Shown: piece by piece, positions 55,905 to 64,000 of the stretch
Position numbering within the stretch: the stretch's first letter is position 1
How the letters are laid out: the number at the start of each line of letters is the position of its first letter
Assembly: GCA_965198225.1 (NCBI GenBank)
Contig: CBDAOY010000006.1
Coordinates: 640,001 to 704,000 of the forward strand
Reading direction: 5' to 3'
DNA from: Terriglobia bacterium
GTDB lineage: Bacteria; Acidobacteriota; Terriglobia; 20CM-2-55-15
DNA length: 64,000 bases
Translations under genes and position numbers: made by a program
Notes under the pieces: generated by a model
Database searches by the model: none
Seen by the model: only the letters and a program-made list of their open reading frames with translations
Told to the model about the DNA's origin: nothing

Positions 55905-57521
55905 ATGAAACCTGGGAAAAACTCCGTTCCACCAGACCCGGTCAATCAATCCCGGCGCCGTTTGCTCAAGACGGCCGCGTGGGCGACGTCGCTCTCGGTG
56001 ACCGGCGGGGTGATGCAACTGCTCCAGGGATGCGCCCCCGAGTCCGTCGAGAGCGAGCCTGTTCAGGATGTCTTGGAGTTGGGCGCTCGCGCAGCCGTCG
56101 GCCACATTCAGCAAGGCGACATGACGGCGGAATCCTACGCCTCGCTGCTTCTCGAACAGTACAACGCCCACAAGGATCTCAACGCGGTCGTCACGATCGA
56201 TGAGGCGCGCGTGCTGGAGGCAGCCCGCGCCGTCGATCAAGCCCGGACCCGAGGAGACGAGCTGGGCCTGCTTTCCGGCCTGCCGTTCGTCGTGAAGGAT
56301 CAGATCGATGTTGCCGGCTATCCGACCACGGCGGGGAATGCGGCCCTCAAGGGCTACGTTCCGGTTCGGAGCGCGCCGGTCGTCGACGCGATGGTCAAGA
56401 ATGGCGGAATCGTGTTTGCAAAGACGAATCTGCCCGACATGGTCGTCGGGGGCAACCTGCTGGCCGCTGCTTCATCGGCCAATCCCTTCTTCGGAACTGT
56501 TCGCAATCCGTACGATCCCGGCCGTATTCCCGGCGGCTCCAGCGGTGGAACTGCCGCCGCGATAGCCGCCCGCATGGTACCGGCAGGACTGGGCGAGGAT
56601 ACGGGCGGCTCGGTACGCTTCCCGTCCGCCTTCTGCGGTCTGGCCGGCCTTCGGCCTTCGACCTTCACGGCGATGAACGTCGAGTCGAGAGACCGCGTGC
56701 CGAAGCGCTACTCGGGTGACGGTATCATCCCGCCGCCGGGTTTGCTCGAGACTATCGGCCCCATGGCGCGCACGGTCGCCGACGTGGCGTTCCTCGACAC
56801 GATAATCACCGGTGAACCGGTTCCCCCGACCGAGTTGAGCCAGGTGCGCCTCGGAATTCCGCGAGCCGACTACTGGGACAGTGAACTCATCGACCAGGGC
56901 CTCGCTGCTACGATGCAGGCGGCATTCTCCAAGCTCCGTGATGCCGGGCTCGAATTGGTAGAGATCGACTTCCAGTCGATCCTGCAGCTTGATGAAGGAG
57001 GCCGGTTGAGTGACGCCGCCAGGCTGCCCAGAAGCGACCTCGGCGAGTGGCTGGCCGAGAATCTTCCTGGGGTGACGATCGAGGACGTGTACGCGGGTCG
57101 TGACATGCCAACGAGGCGCGAAGCCCAGCTTTCAACGGAGGAAAGAGTCGAGATCCTTACGACGGCGGCGAGTTTCTACGAGGATGTTTTCGAGACGAAC
57201 GGCCTTGCCGCGATTGCGTTCCCGACGATACCGATTCCGGCGCCGCCGATCGACCCCGATACCGCTATGGCCGTAGAGGAAACCCTCGTGAACGGCAAGA
57301 TGGTCGACGTGATTGCCCCGATCGTCATGAACATCTTTTTCGGCCCCCGGTTAGGGGCCCCCGGCTTGGCGATCCCGGCCGGCCTGACGTCGGGGTTGCC
57401 GGTCGGCCTGGAGTTGGAAGGACTTCCCGGCGACGACAGCCGGCTGTTGGGATTGGGTATCGCCGTCGAGAACGTTCTCGGTCCGATTCCTCCTCCTCCG
57501 CTGGCTCAAGGAACCGGATAG
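55905..57521 (+). CDS. Tat-exported amidase-signature enzyme
   Basis: SRRRLLK, possible lipobox LQGC; VKD, PGGSSGG, GEDTGGSVR. Confidence 0.92.
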   Translation: MKPGKNSVPPDPVNQSRRRLLKTAAWATSLSVTGGVMQLLQGCAPESVESEPVQDVLELGARAAVGHIQQGDMTAESYASLLLEQYNAHKDLNAVVTIDEARVLEAARAVDQARTRGDELGLLSGLPFVVKDQIDVAGYPTTAGNAALKGYVPVRSAPVVDAMVKNGGIVFAKTNLPDMVVGGNLLAAASSANPFFGTVRNPYDPGRIPGGSSGGTAAAIAARMVPAGLGEDTGGSVRFPSAFCGLAGLRPSTFTAMNVESRDRVPKRYSGDGIIPPPGLLETIGPMARTVADVAFLDTIITGEPVPPTELSQVRLGIPRADYWDSELIDQGLAATMQAAFSKLRDAGLELVEIDFQSILQLDEGGRLSDAARLPRSDLGEWLAENLPGVTIEDVYAGRDMPTRREAQLSTEERVEILTTAASFYEDVFETNGLAAIAFPTIPIPAPPIDPDTAMAVEETLVNGKMVDVIAPIVMNIFFGPRLGAPGLAIPAGLTSGLPVGLELEGLPGDDSRLLGLGIAVENVLGPIPPPPLAQGTG

Positions 57522-57531
57522 ATGCGTCAGA

Positions 57532-57602
57532 GGTGTAGGTGCGGTCTATGACCGCACGTGTTTCGGTTCGAAGAGTGTGCGGTCATAGACCGCACCTACA
57601 CC
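57532..57602. repeat. REPIN copy 5 (inverted copy of copy 3, spacer included)
   Basis: Spacer gtgtttcggttcgaagagt is the reverse complement of the copy-3 spacer apart from the terminal base. Confidence 0.88.
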
Positions 57603-57638
57603 CGGTCTAAAGTTGCGCTGACTCCGATCCCAGCGCGT

Positions 57639-59336
57639 CTACGCCTCGTAGACTGTTCTCCCACCGACGACCGTGCGCACCACCTGAATGTTCTTGATCT
57701 CGTCCGGCTCCACCTCATGAGGGTCGTCGGCCAGCATTACGAAGTCGGCGAGCTTGCCGGTCGTGATCGAGCCTTTCGTGTCTTCTTCGAAGGATGCGTA
57801 CGCGCCGTTGATCGTGCAGATCCGCATGGCGTCGTCGACGCTGATACGCTGGTTCGGCCCCCAGACGCGACCGTCGAAATCTTTCCTTGTAACCATGCTC
57901 TGGATCGCCATCAGCGGCTGATACGGTCCCGGCGTGTAGTCCGACGCCGGCGCGACCGGGATGCCGTAGTCCAGGAACGACTTGTGAGCGAACATCCATC
58001 GCATCTTCTCCGGTCCGTACTCCACCCACTTGTTCCCATGGTAGTGGACGTAGGTGTAGAACGGCGCGGGGATGACGCCCAGGTCCTTGATCCGTTGAAG
58101 CAGGTCCGGGTTGACGAGAGAACAGTGTTCGATCCGATGCCGCGGATCGTCGCGGGGCCACATGCGTTGCACGCGTTCGTAAGCGTTGAGCACCATGTCG
58201 ATCGTGACGTCCCCGTTGGCGTGGATTCCGATCTGCCACCCGTTGCGGTGCGCGTCCTCGACGACTTCGTGGATTTCTTCCTGCGACATCGTCAAGATGC
58301 CGTAGTCGTCCGGACGGCCGACGTAGGGTGTGCTCATCCGCATCGTCCGTTCCGATGCCGACCCGTCCGCGCCGTATTTGACCGCGCCAATCTTTAGCCA
58401 CTCGTCGCCAAAACCCGTCCGAATGCCCGAGTTCTTGAGGTTTTCATACAGGGCGCCCCGGGGGAACAGGTACATCCGGAAACGTAGCTCGCCTGCATCG
58501 TAGGCGTCCTGGTAGGCGATGAGGTCGTTGGTGCCGCCGCCGGTCTGATGCACGGATGTCAGACCGGAACGGGTCATGATCTCCGAGATCAGCCGTACGC
58601 CGGCCTGTCGCTGCTCGCGGGTCGAACCCGAGGGAATCAGGCCATTGAAGACGTTCCGCGCGCGTTCGGCAACCTTGCCGGTCAGCTCCCCGTTTTCGCG
58701 GTAGAACTTCCCGTCATCCGGGTCCGGGGTGTCGGCGGTAACGCCGGCCAGCTCGAAGGCCTGGCTGTTGTACACGGCCGTGTGCCCGCCGCGATGCCGG
58801 GCCATCGCCGGGTTTCGTGGAACCGCTTCGTCCAGGTCCAGACGGTTCAGCGGACGACCTTCGGCGAGCTTTGTGTCGTCGTACTTGAACCCGATCACCC
58901 ACTCGCCTTCGGGTGTGATCGAGGCGCGGTCCTTCATCGCTTCCTTGATTTCAGCGATGGAACGCAGGTCGACGTCGACGTTGATCAGTTCCGAGACGCC
59001 AGCTCCGGAGGGATGCGAATGTGCGTCGACGAAGCCAGGCGTCACCGTCATGCCCTCGGCATCGATGATCTCCGTGTTGCCCGTCGCCAGTGGACGGATC
59101 TCTGCAGTCGGCCCGACCGCGATAAAGCGGCCGTTCTTCACGGCGAACGCCTCGGCGCGTGGTTGGGTGTCATCGATCGTAAAGATGCGTCCGTTGATGA
59201 GAACTAGGTCGGGGCCGGCCCCGTCGTCGGGTCCCTGGACTTGGGATGCTCGAGCACTGCCGACAGGTAGCCCGAGACCGGCGGCGGCCGTCAGGGCCGC
59301 TCCCGACTTGATGAATTCACGTCGTGAATGCGCCAT
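57639..59336 (-). CDS. Tat-exported amidohydrolase-3 (YtcJ-like)
   Basis: SRREFIK; PGFVDAHSH, HANGD, RIEHC, ASD, GKLADF. Confidence 0.93.
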   Translation of the reverse strand: MAHSRREFIKSGAALTAAAGLGLPVGSARASQVQGPDDGAGPDLVLINGRIFTIDDTQPRAEAFAVKNGRFIAVGPTAEIRPLATGNTEIIDAEGMTVTPGFVDAHSHPSGAGVSELINVDVDLRSIAEIKEAMKDRASITPEGEWVIGFKYDDTKLAEGRPLNRLDLDEAVPRNPAMARHRGGHTAVYNSQAFELAGVTADTPDPDDGKFYRENGELTGKVAERARNVFNGLIPSGSTREQRQAGVRLISEIMTRSGLTSVHQTGGGTNDLIAYQDAYDAGELRFRMYLFPRGALYENLKNSGIRTGFGDEWLKIGAVKYGADGSASERTMRMSTPYVGRPDDYGILTMSQEEIHEVVEDAHRNGWQIGIHANGDVTIDMVLNAYERVQRMWPRDDPRHRIEHCSLVNPDLLQRIKDLGVIPAPFYTYVHYHGNKWVEYGPEKMRWMFAHKSFLDYGIPVAPASDYTPGPYQPLMAIQSMVTRKDFDGRVWGPNQRISVDDAMRICTINGAYASFEEDTKGSITTGKLADFVMLADDPHEVEPDEIKNIQVVRTVVGGRTVYEA

Positions 59337-59464
59337 CGCAACCTCCTTCAGAACCTGCAACCGCTCCCGGTCGAGGGGTGGTCTCCTGTTTTTGCGGCAC
59401 GCGTCTGGAAAGTGCGGACGATCTTATAGGAGACGCAGTTAGGGGTCAAATGAAGGGGCCGCCG

Positions 59465-62065
59465 CTATGGTTCGAGCCCGTGCGACCAACCGGTGACGAC
59501 GCTGATCGGGGGCACGCCGGTCCCGCCGGTTGCGGTAGGCATCAGGAACCGGTTGCCGTCGGCCGAGACTGCATAGCGATCCGTGGCGGAGCTGATCGGT
59601 GCGGGGAACAAACCCCGCGGTGCGCCGGATTCGACCCCCGTTCCGAGTGTCAGGTCAACGACCATCAAAGTGCGGTCCGGAGCCAGGTAGAACAGCGCCC
59701 GTCCGTCATTGCGCCACCGCGGCTGTTGGCCGCCGGCTGCCGAGATCTGGCGTTTGTTTCCGGCCGAAGGAAAGCTCTGGACGTAGACTTCGAACCGACC
59801 CGATTCGTCGGAAGCGTAGGCGACCCAGCGTCCGTCCGGAGAAAAGCGTCCGTGGCGTTCTTCGAAGACCGTGTGCAGGAACGGATAAGGCGCGGGTTCA
59901 CCGGATCGCGGCAGGACCCATATGTCTCTCGAGGTCGTCGAAGACAGGTTGGTGTACAGGACGAACTGCCCATCTCGCGACCAGTCGGTCGGCTGCTTGC
60001 TCTCGGTGGATTCCAGTAGAATGTCCCCATCGCCTGCTCCGTTGGCGGGCTTGACGTACAGATCGTCGTCGCCGCTACGGTTTGAGGCAAAGACGATCTC
60101 AGACCCGTCGGGAGAGGCAATCGGATAGCGGTCCGTCGCGTTGTCAAACGTGAAACGGGTGTTGGTGCCTGTATCCGGATCGATGAGGAACAAATCGACC
60201 TGGTCGCCCTGGGAGAGGTCCGTGCGTTCGGCGACCACTTGCGTGCCTCCAGGCATCACCCAGGGCGATCGACCGTCTCCGATGCGCTCCACCGTTCCCC
60301 CGTTCGAGTCGAGCCAGACCAGGTCTGAAACCGCAGCCGGACGGTACGCCAGCACCCCGGTCTGCGAGACCGAGAAGCCCGCGTTTCCGATTCGGGGGTT
60401 CGTCGCGATGCCCTGGGCTATCGAGACCGGAGCCCCACTCACCAGCGCCTGCCCGGCATCGAACCCTTGCGCCATCAGGTTGCCGTCTTCGACGCTGACC
60501 AGGTAACCGGGCGGAGCGTACTTGGCCGCGAACTCGCCGTGAGTCACACGCGAGAACTCCCCGGTGCCGAGCGACCCGACGTAAATACCCTCCCCGGCAC
60601 GCTGCCCGCTCGCAGCGAAGAACAGGAAGCGTTGTCCGTCGGGCAGAAACTCGGGATACGCGTGGTAGACATGTCCCCGCTCTCGATCGAGCGTCGTCAG
60701 GGGCGCCGCTGCGGAGCTGCCGTCCGCCGGTACTTGCCACAGCCCGCCAACGTCGGGCATGAACAGGATCGTGCCGTCTTCGCTCCAGTCTCCGCCGCCA
60801 CCCTCGAGGGGAGCGTCGGCCAGCGTCTGGGCCGGTCCGCCGGTCGCAGCGATTCTCTTCAAACGACCTTCGGCCAGGAAGCCGATGGCGGTACCGTCCG
60901 GAGACCAGAACGGAAAACCCGCGTCCGGGGTGTCCGCCAGCACGCGGGACTCGAGGGAATCCATCGAACGAATCCAAATGCGCTCCTGACCCTCGAACGT
61001 GGCGACATAGGCGATCTGTCGTCCATCGGGCGAAACGGAGAGGTGTAAGGGGGCGCCCGCCCCGGTCGGGAACTCGAAGCGTGTGGTCAGGCCGTCGATC
61101 CCCCCCGCTGGTCCGCGGCTGAGCAGAACCGCAACAAGAGCGACCGTCAGGATTGCAACAAGCGCCCACGGAGCGGCGGCGCGCCATCGGGTCGCGATGT
61201 CGGCCGGCGCGTCCTCTTCAAGTATCGTCACTCCTTCCAGCAGATCCTCGATATCGATCCTGGCGTCGGCGATGTCATGCAGACGTCGGTGCGAGTCCTT
61301 GCGGAGGCAGTGCTCGATCAGTGTCCGGATCTTCCTGGGAAGGCCCGAGGGAAGCAGATTCCAGTCGGGTCCGCCCTGGATGATTCTAGCGATGGCGTCC
61401 GGCACCGTTTCGTCGCCGAAAACCATGTGCCCGGAGATCATCTCGAACAGAACGGCGCCGAAAGCCCAGACGTCACTCCGCTTGTCAATCTCCCGTCCAC
61501 GCAACTGCTCCGGGCTCATGTAGGCAGGGGTGCCGACGATCAGTCCGCTGTCGGTCCCGAGCGTCGTGATACGGGATGCGGATCTTCCATTAGGGACGAC
61601 CGCTTTGGCCAGACCGAAGTCGAGCACCTTGACCTTACCGTCGGGAGTGACCTTGATGTTGGCGGGTTTGAGATCCCGGTGGACGATCCCTTTATGGTGC
61701 GCGGCTTCCAACGCGTCGGCGACCTGCGCGGCGATTCGGAGAGCGAACTCCAAGGGCAGGGCTCCCGCTTCCAGGAACTCCGCGAGGGTCTCACCCTCGA
61801 CGAGCTCCAGCACGAGAAACCGGACGTCCTGATCTTCCTCGAGTCCGTAGATCGACGCGATGTTGGGGTGATTCAGCGAAGCCAGCACCTTGGCCTCGCG
61901 CTCAAACCGGGCAAGCCGGTCCTGGTCGTTCGCGACAGCTTCAGGAAGTAACTTGATCGCGACGTCGCGCCCGAGTTTGGCGTCATTGGCCCGGTAGACT
62001 TCGCCCATGCCGCCAGCGCCGAGCTTTTCAGTGATGGTGTAGTGAGCGAATGTTTTTCCGAGCAT
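59465..62065 (-). CDS. Ser/Thr protein kinase with TM and TolB/PD40 beta-propeller
   Basis: GAGGMG, VAIK, HRDLKPAN, DFG, GTPAYMSPE; multiple SPDG repeats. Confidence 0.96.
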   Translation of the reverse strand: MLGKTFAHYTITEKLGAGGMGEVYRANDAKLGRDVAIKLLPEAVANDQDRLARFEREAKVLASLNHPNIASIYGLEEDQDVRFLVLELVEGETLAEFLEAGALPLEFALRIAAQVADALEAAHHKGIVHRDLKPANIKVTPDGKVKVLDFGLAKAVVPNGRSASRITTLGTDSGLIVGTPAYMSPEQLRGREIDKRSDVWAFGAVLFEMISGHMVFGDETVPDAIARIIQGGPDWNLLPSGLPRKIRTLIEHCLRKDSHRRLHDIADARIDIEDLLEGVTILEEDAPADIATRWRAAAPWALVAILTVALVAVLLSRGPAGGIDGLTTRFEFPTGAGAPLHLSVSPDGRQIAYVATFEGQERIWIRSMDSLESRVLADTPDAGFPFWSPDGTAIGFLAEGRLKRIAATGGPAQTLADAPLEGGGGDWSEDGTILFMPDVGGLWQVPADGSSAAAPLTTLDRERGHVYHAYPEFLPDGQRFLFFAASGQRAGEGIYVGSLGTGEFSRVTHGEFAAKYAPPGYLVSVEDGNLMAQGFDAGQALVSGAPVSIAQGIATNPRIGNAGFSVSQTGVLAYRPAAVSDLVWLDSNGGTVERIGDGRSPWVMPGGTQVVAERTDLSQGDQVDLFLIDPDTGTNTRFTFDNATDRYPIASPDGSEIVFASNRSGDDDLYVKPANGAGDGDILLESTESKQPTDWSRDGQFVLYTNLSSTTSRDIWVLPRSGEPAPYPFLHTVFEERHGRFSPDGRWVAYASDESGRFEVYVQSFPSAGNKRQISAAGGQQPRWRNDGRALFYLAPDRTLMVVDLTLGTGVESGAPRGLFPAPISSATDRYAVSADGNRFLMPTATGGTGVPPISVVTGWSHGLEP

Positions 62066-62070
62066 GTTCA

Positions 62071-62183
62071 GGTGACGAGTGACGAGTGACAAAGACAGAA
62101 GAAGTGACAAGTGACGAGTGACGAGTGAAGAGAAGTGGTCAGTGGCCAGTGGTCAGTGGCCAGAGTTCGGCTCGTCACGTCTT
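62071..62183. repeat. Heptamer arrays (AGTGACR and AGTGGYC)
   Basis: gtgacgagtgacgagtgaca...aagtgacaagtgacgagtgacgagtga...agtggtcagtggccagtggtcagtggcc...ctcgtcac. Confidence 0.88.
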
Positions 62184-62309
62184 CGCTGAACATTCCGACA
62201 ACCTCGAATTTGTCGATTGTGAAACCTCTTAAAAGCCGTGAGAATCTTATCGGACGCGGGGACGGTGGTCAACGTGGTCAGAGCATAGTCCAGCCAAGGG
62301 GAGTAGCCG

Positions 62310-63396
62310 ATGAGCGACGAACGCAAGCGAATCGTGGGGCAGGTGGTTGCGGATGTGGGAGGCGCGTTTGCCGCCGGTCTCGGTTACATCGGCGACCGGT
62401 TGGGACTGTTCAAGTTGTTGGCTCAAACGGGCCCGGCCACCAGCGGGTCGCTCGCCGAGGCCGCAGGGCTGGATGAGCGGGTCGCTCGCCGAGGCCGCAG
62501 GGCTGGATGAACGTTACACACGGGAGTGGCTCAAGGCAATGGTCAGTTCCGGCTACGTGGAGCATCACGCGGTCGATGATCGGTATTCGATGACTCCCGA
62601 GCAACAATCCGTCCTCGCGGAGGAAGGCTCCGCGGCGTTCGCTGCCGGCGCGTTTCAATTTGCATTGCCGTCGCTGTTGATGACTCCCCGGTTGATGGAG
62701 TGTTTTAGCAATGGCGGCGGCATTCCTTATTCGGAGTTGAGTCCCGACATCGTCGAAGCCATCGACCGGATGCATCGACCCTGGTTCGACCACCTGCTCA
62801 CCGAGCATTGGCTCCCTTCGGTGCCTCAGCTTGACGATCGTTTGCGATCCGGCATCGACGTCCTCGACGTGGGGTGTGGGCTCGGCCGCGCAAGCGTGGC
62901 GATCGGGCGGGCCCATCCGGCCTCCCGCGTCGTGGGAATCGATCCGCACGCCGACAGCATCGTTCGTGCCGCAAGTCTCGGCACGGAGGCACAGGTGTCG
63001 AACGTTCGGTTCCGAGAGACGACTCTGGAGGATGTGGGAGCCGCGGAGCGCTTTGAACTTATACTGGCGATCGACTGCATACACGACATGCCAGATCCCG
63101 TGGGGGCGCTCCGGCAAATAGGGCGGCTGCTCAGCGAAGATAATGGAATATTGTTCTGGTCGGAACCGACCGGTTCCGACGACCCGATGGAAAACCGCAC
63201 CGCGACTGGCAAGATGCGGTCCACCCTGAGCCCCTACCATTGCCTGACGGTATCACTCGCGGAAGACGGCGCCGGCCTGGGCACTATCATCGGTGAGGCG
63301 GGGGCACGGGACCTGGCGCGCGAGGCCGGCTTCACGCACTTCGAGAAGCTTTCAATCGAGAGCTCAATGCAGCAGTTCTTTCTGGTGACGCGATGA
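62310..63396 (+). pseudogene. wHTH + SAM methyltransferase (Rv2258c-like) frameshifted by a 34-bp tandem duplication
   Basis: YIGDRLGLF, LAEAAGLDERYTREWL, LDVGCG.G, DCIHDM, HCLTVSLA; 62442-62475 is repeated at 62476-62509. Confidence 0.85.
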
Positions 63397-63506
63397 GGGT
63401 TTCGCAAGAAGGCCAGGGACGGATCGGCTGGCCGCGGTCGCAGGCCACCAGATAGTTCCGGTGCTACCCAGCAAAAGTTCCCTGGTGGCCCTCGGCGGGC
63501 TTCATT

Positions 63507-63662
63507 CTACAGCACACTCGGATCTTCCAGTCCATCGAGACCGGTGCCGTCACCTGGCGCCGAGGCGGCGCTTTCCAGGTCCTCATCAGAGAGTTCACCG
63601 ACGGGTGTGAGCAGATAGGCTTTTTCCTGCGTGCTTTCAAGCAGCTCCTTTAGTGTCGCCAT
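63507..63662 (-). CDS. 51-aa acidic peptide with an ELSDEDLE motif (possible RiPP precursor-like)
   Basis: AAGGAGG RBS; MATLKELLESTQEKAYLLTPVGELSDEDLESAASAPGDGTGLDGLEDPSVL. Confidence 0.55.
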   Translation of the reverse strand: MATLKELLESTQEKAYLLTPVGELSDEDLESAASAPGDGTGLDGLEDPSVL

Positions 63663-64000
63663 GTTGCCTCCTTGATCGAGAACCTTGTAAGGATCTCCTA
63701 TCCAACCCCAAGTCCACTCTGACAGGTAGCTGATGCCCAAAACGATTGGCTCGGAATGGATCCGCTACTCCGTTCTTGGTCGGTGGCTATCGAGCAACTC
63801 CGGCACCAAAACGAGTCCTCGAGCACGAGGCAATGTTTTCAACGGGGTATGCGACCAAGGCCGAAGCTGGGAGGCCGCATCTCTTATCAAGTTGGTGGAC
63901 GGTTTCACCGAGCGCGAGGGTTTGTGGCGTTTGTGGATGCCTCCAGAGTCGAGCCGCTTCCACAATGTCCAAACGTGGATCTGCAATCAAGGTGAGTTCC

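Noticed and set aside
20973-62183. Heptamer arrays or REPINs as CRISPR
   Set aside because: No regular repeat-spacer periodicity; the copies are dispersed and palindromic
63756-64000. Short ORFs at the right edge
   Set aside because: Truncated by the window and no recognisable motif, so no frame can be chosen

Overview
GC-rich bacterial chromosome segment, most likely Acidobacteriota (inferred from the acidobacterial PadR plus permease-prefix pair, a Ser/Thr kinase-PD40 fusion, an ankyrin/PQQ propeller and a matrixin-IPT protein). From left to right it holds six blocks. (1) An accessory, decaying zone (1-7.4 kb) with a disrupted MmcQ/YjbR gene, a kinase reduced to its two termini around an HExxH peptidase ORF, and a tyrosine-integrase + IS91-transposase element. 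(2) A respiratory cluster (7.5-19.6 kb, minus strand): HEAT protein, Rieske, b6-type cytochrome b, subunit IV, an 8-CxxCH cytochrome c, a cupredoxin-like lipoprotein, ctaA, ctaB, ABC transporter, SCO and DUF420, with no oxidase structural subunits. (3) Housekeeping genes (CoA-transferase, dtd, DHH, M20) and a candidate ~65-nt small RNA or attenuator. (4) An LPS/polysaccharide locus (rmlA, rmlB, glycosyltransferases, heptose kinase, GT9) facing a LarA homologue. (5) A large matrixin, an EF-G-like GTPase, many exported hydrolases, a DsbA/FrnE protein with an in-frame UGA (UPWC, probable selenoprotein), a MITE, and a two-component system. (6) A kinase, a frameshifted methyltransferase and a possible RiPP-like peptide. 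Intergenic DNA is dense with GTAG-type REPINs and several families of inverted 7-bp-period arrays. Four genes carry short insertion scars, three copied from nearby sequence. No tRNA, rRNA or CRISPR was seen.
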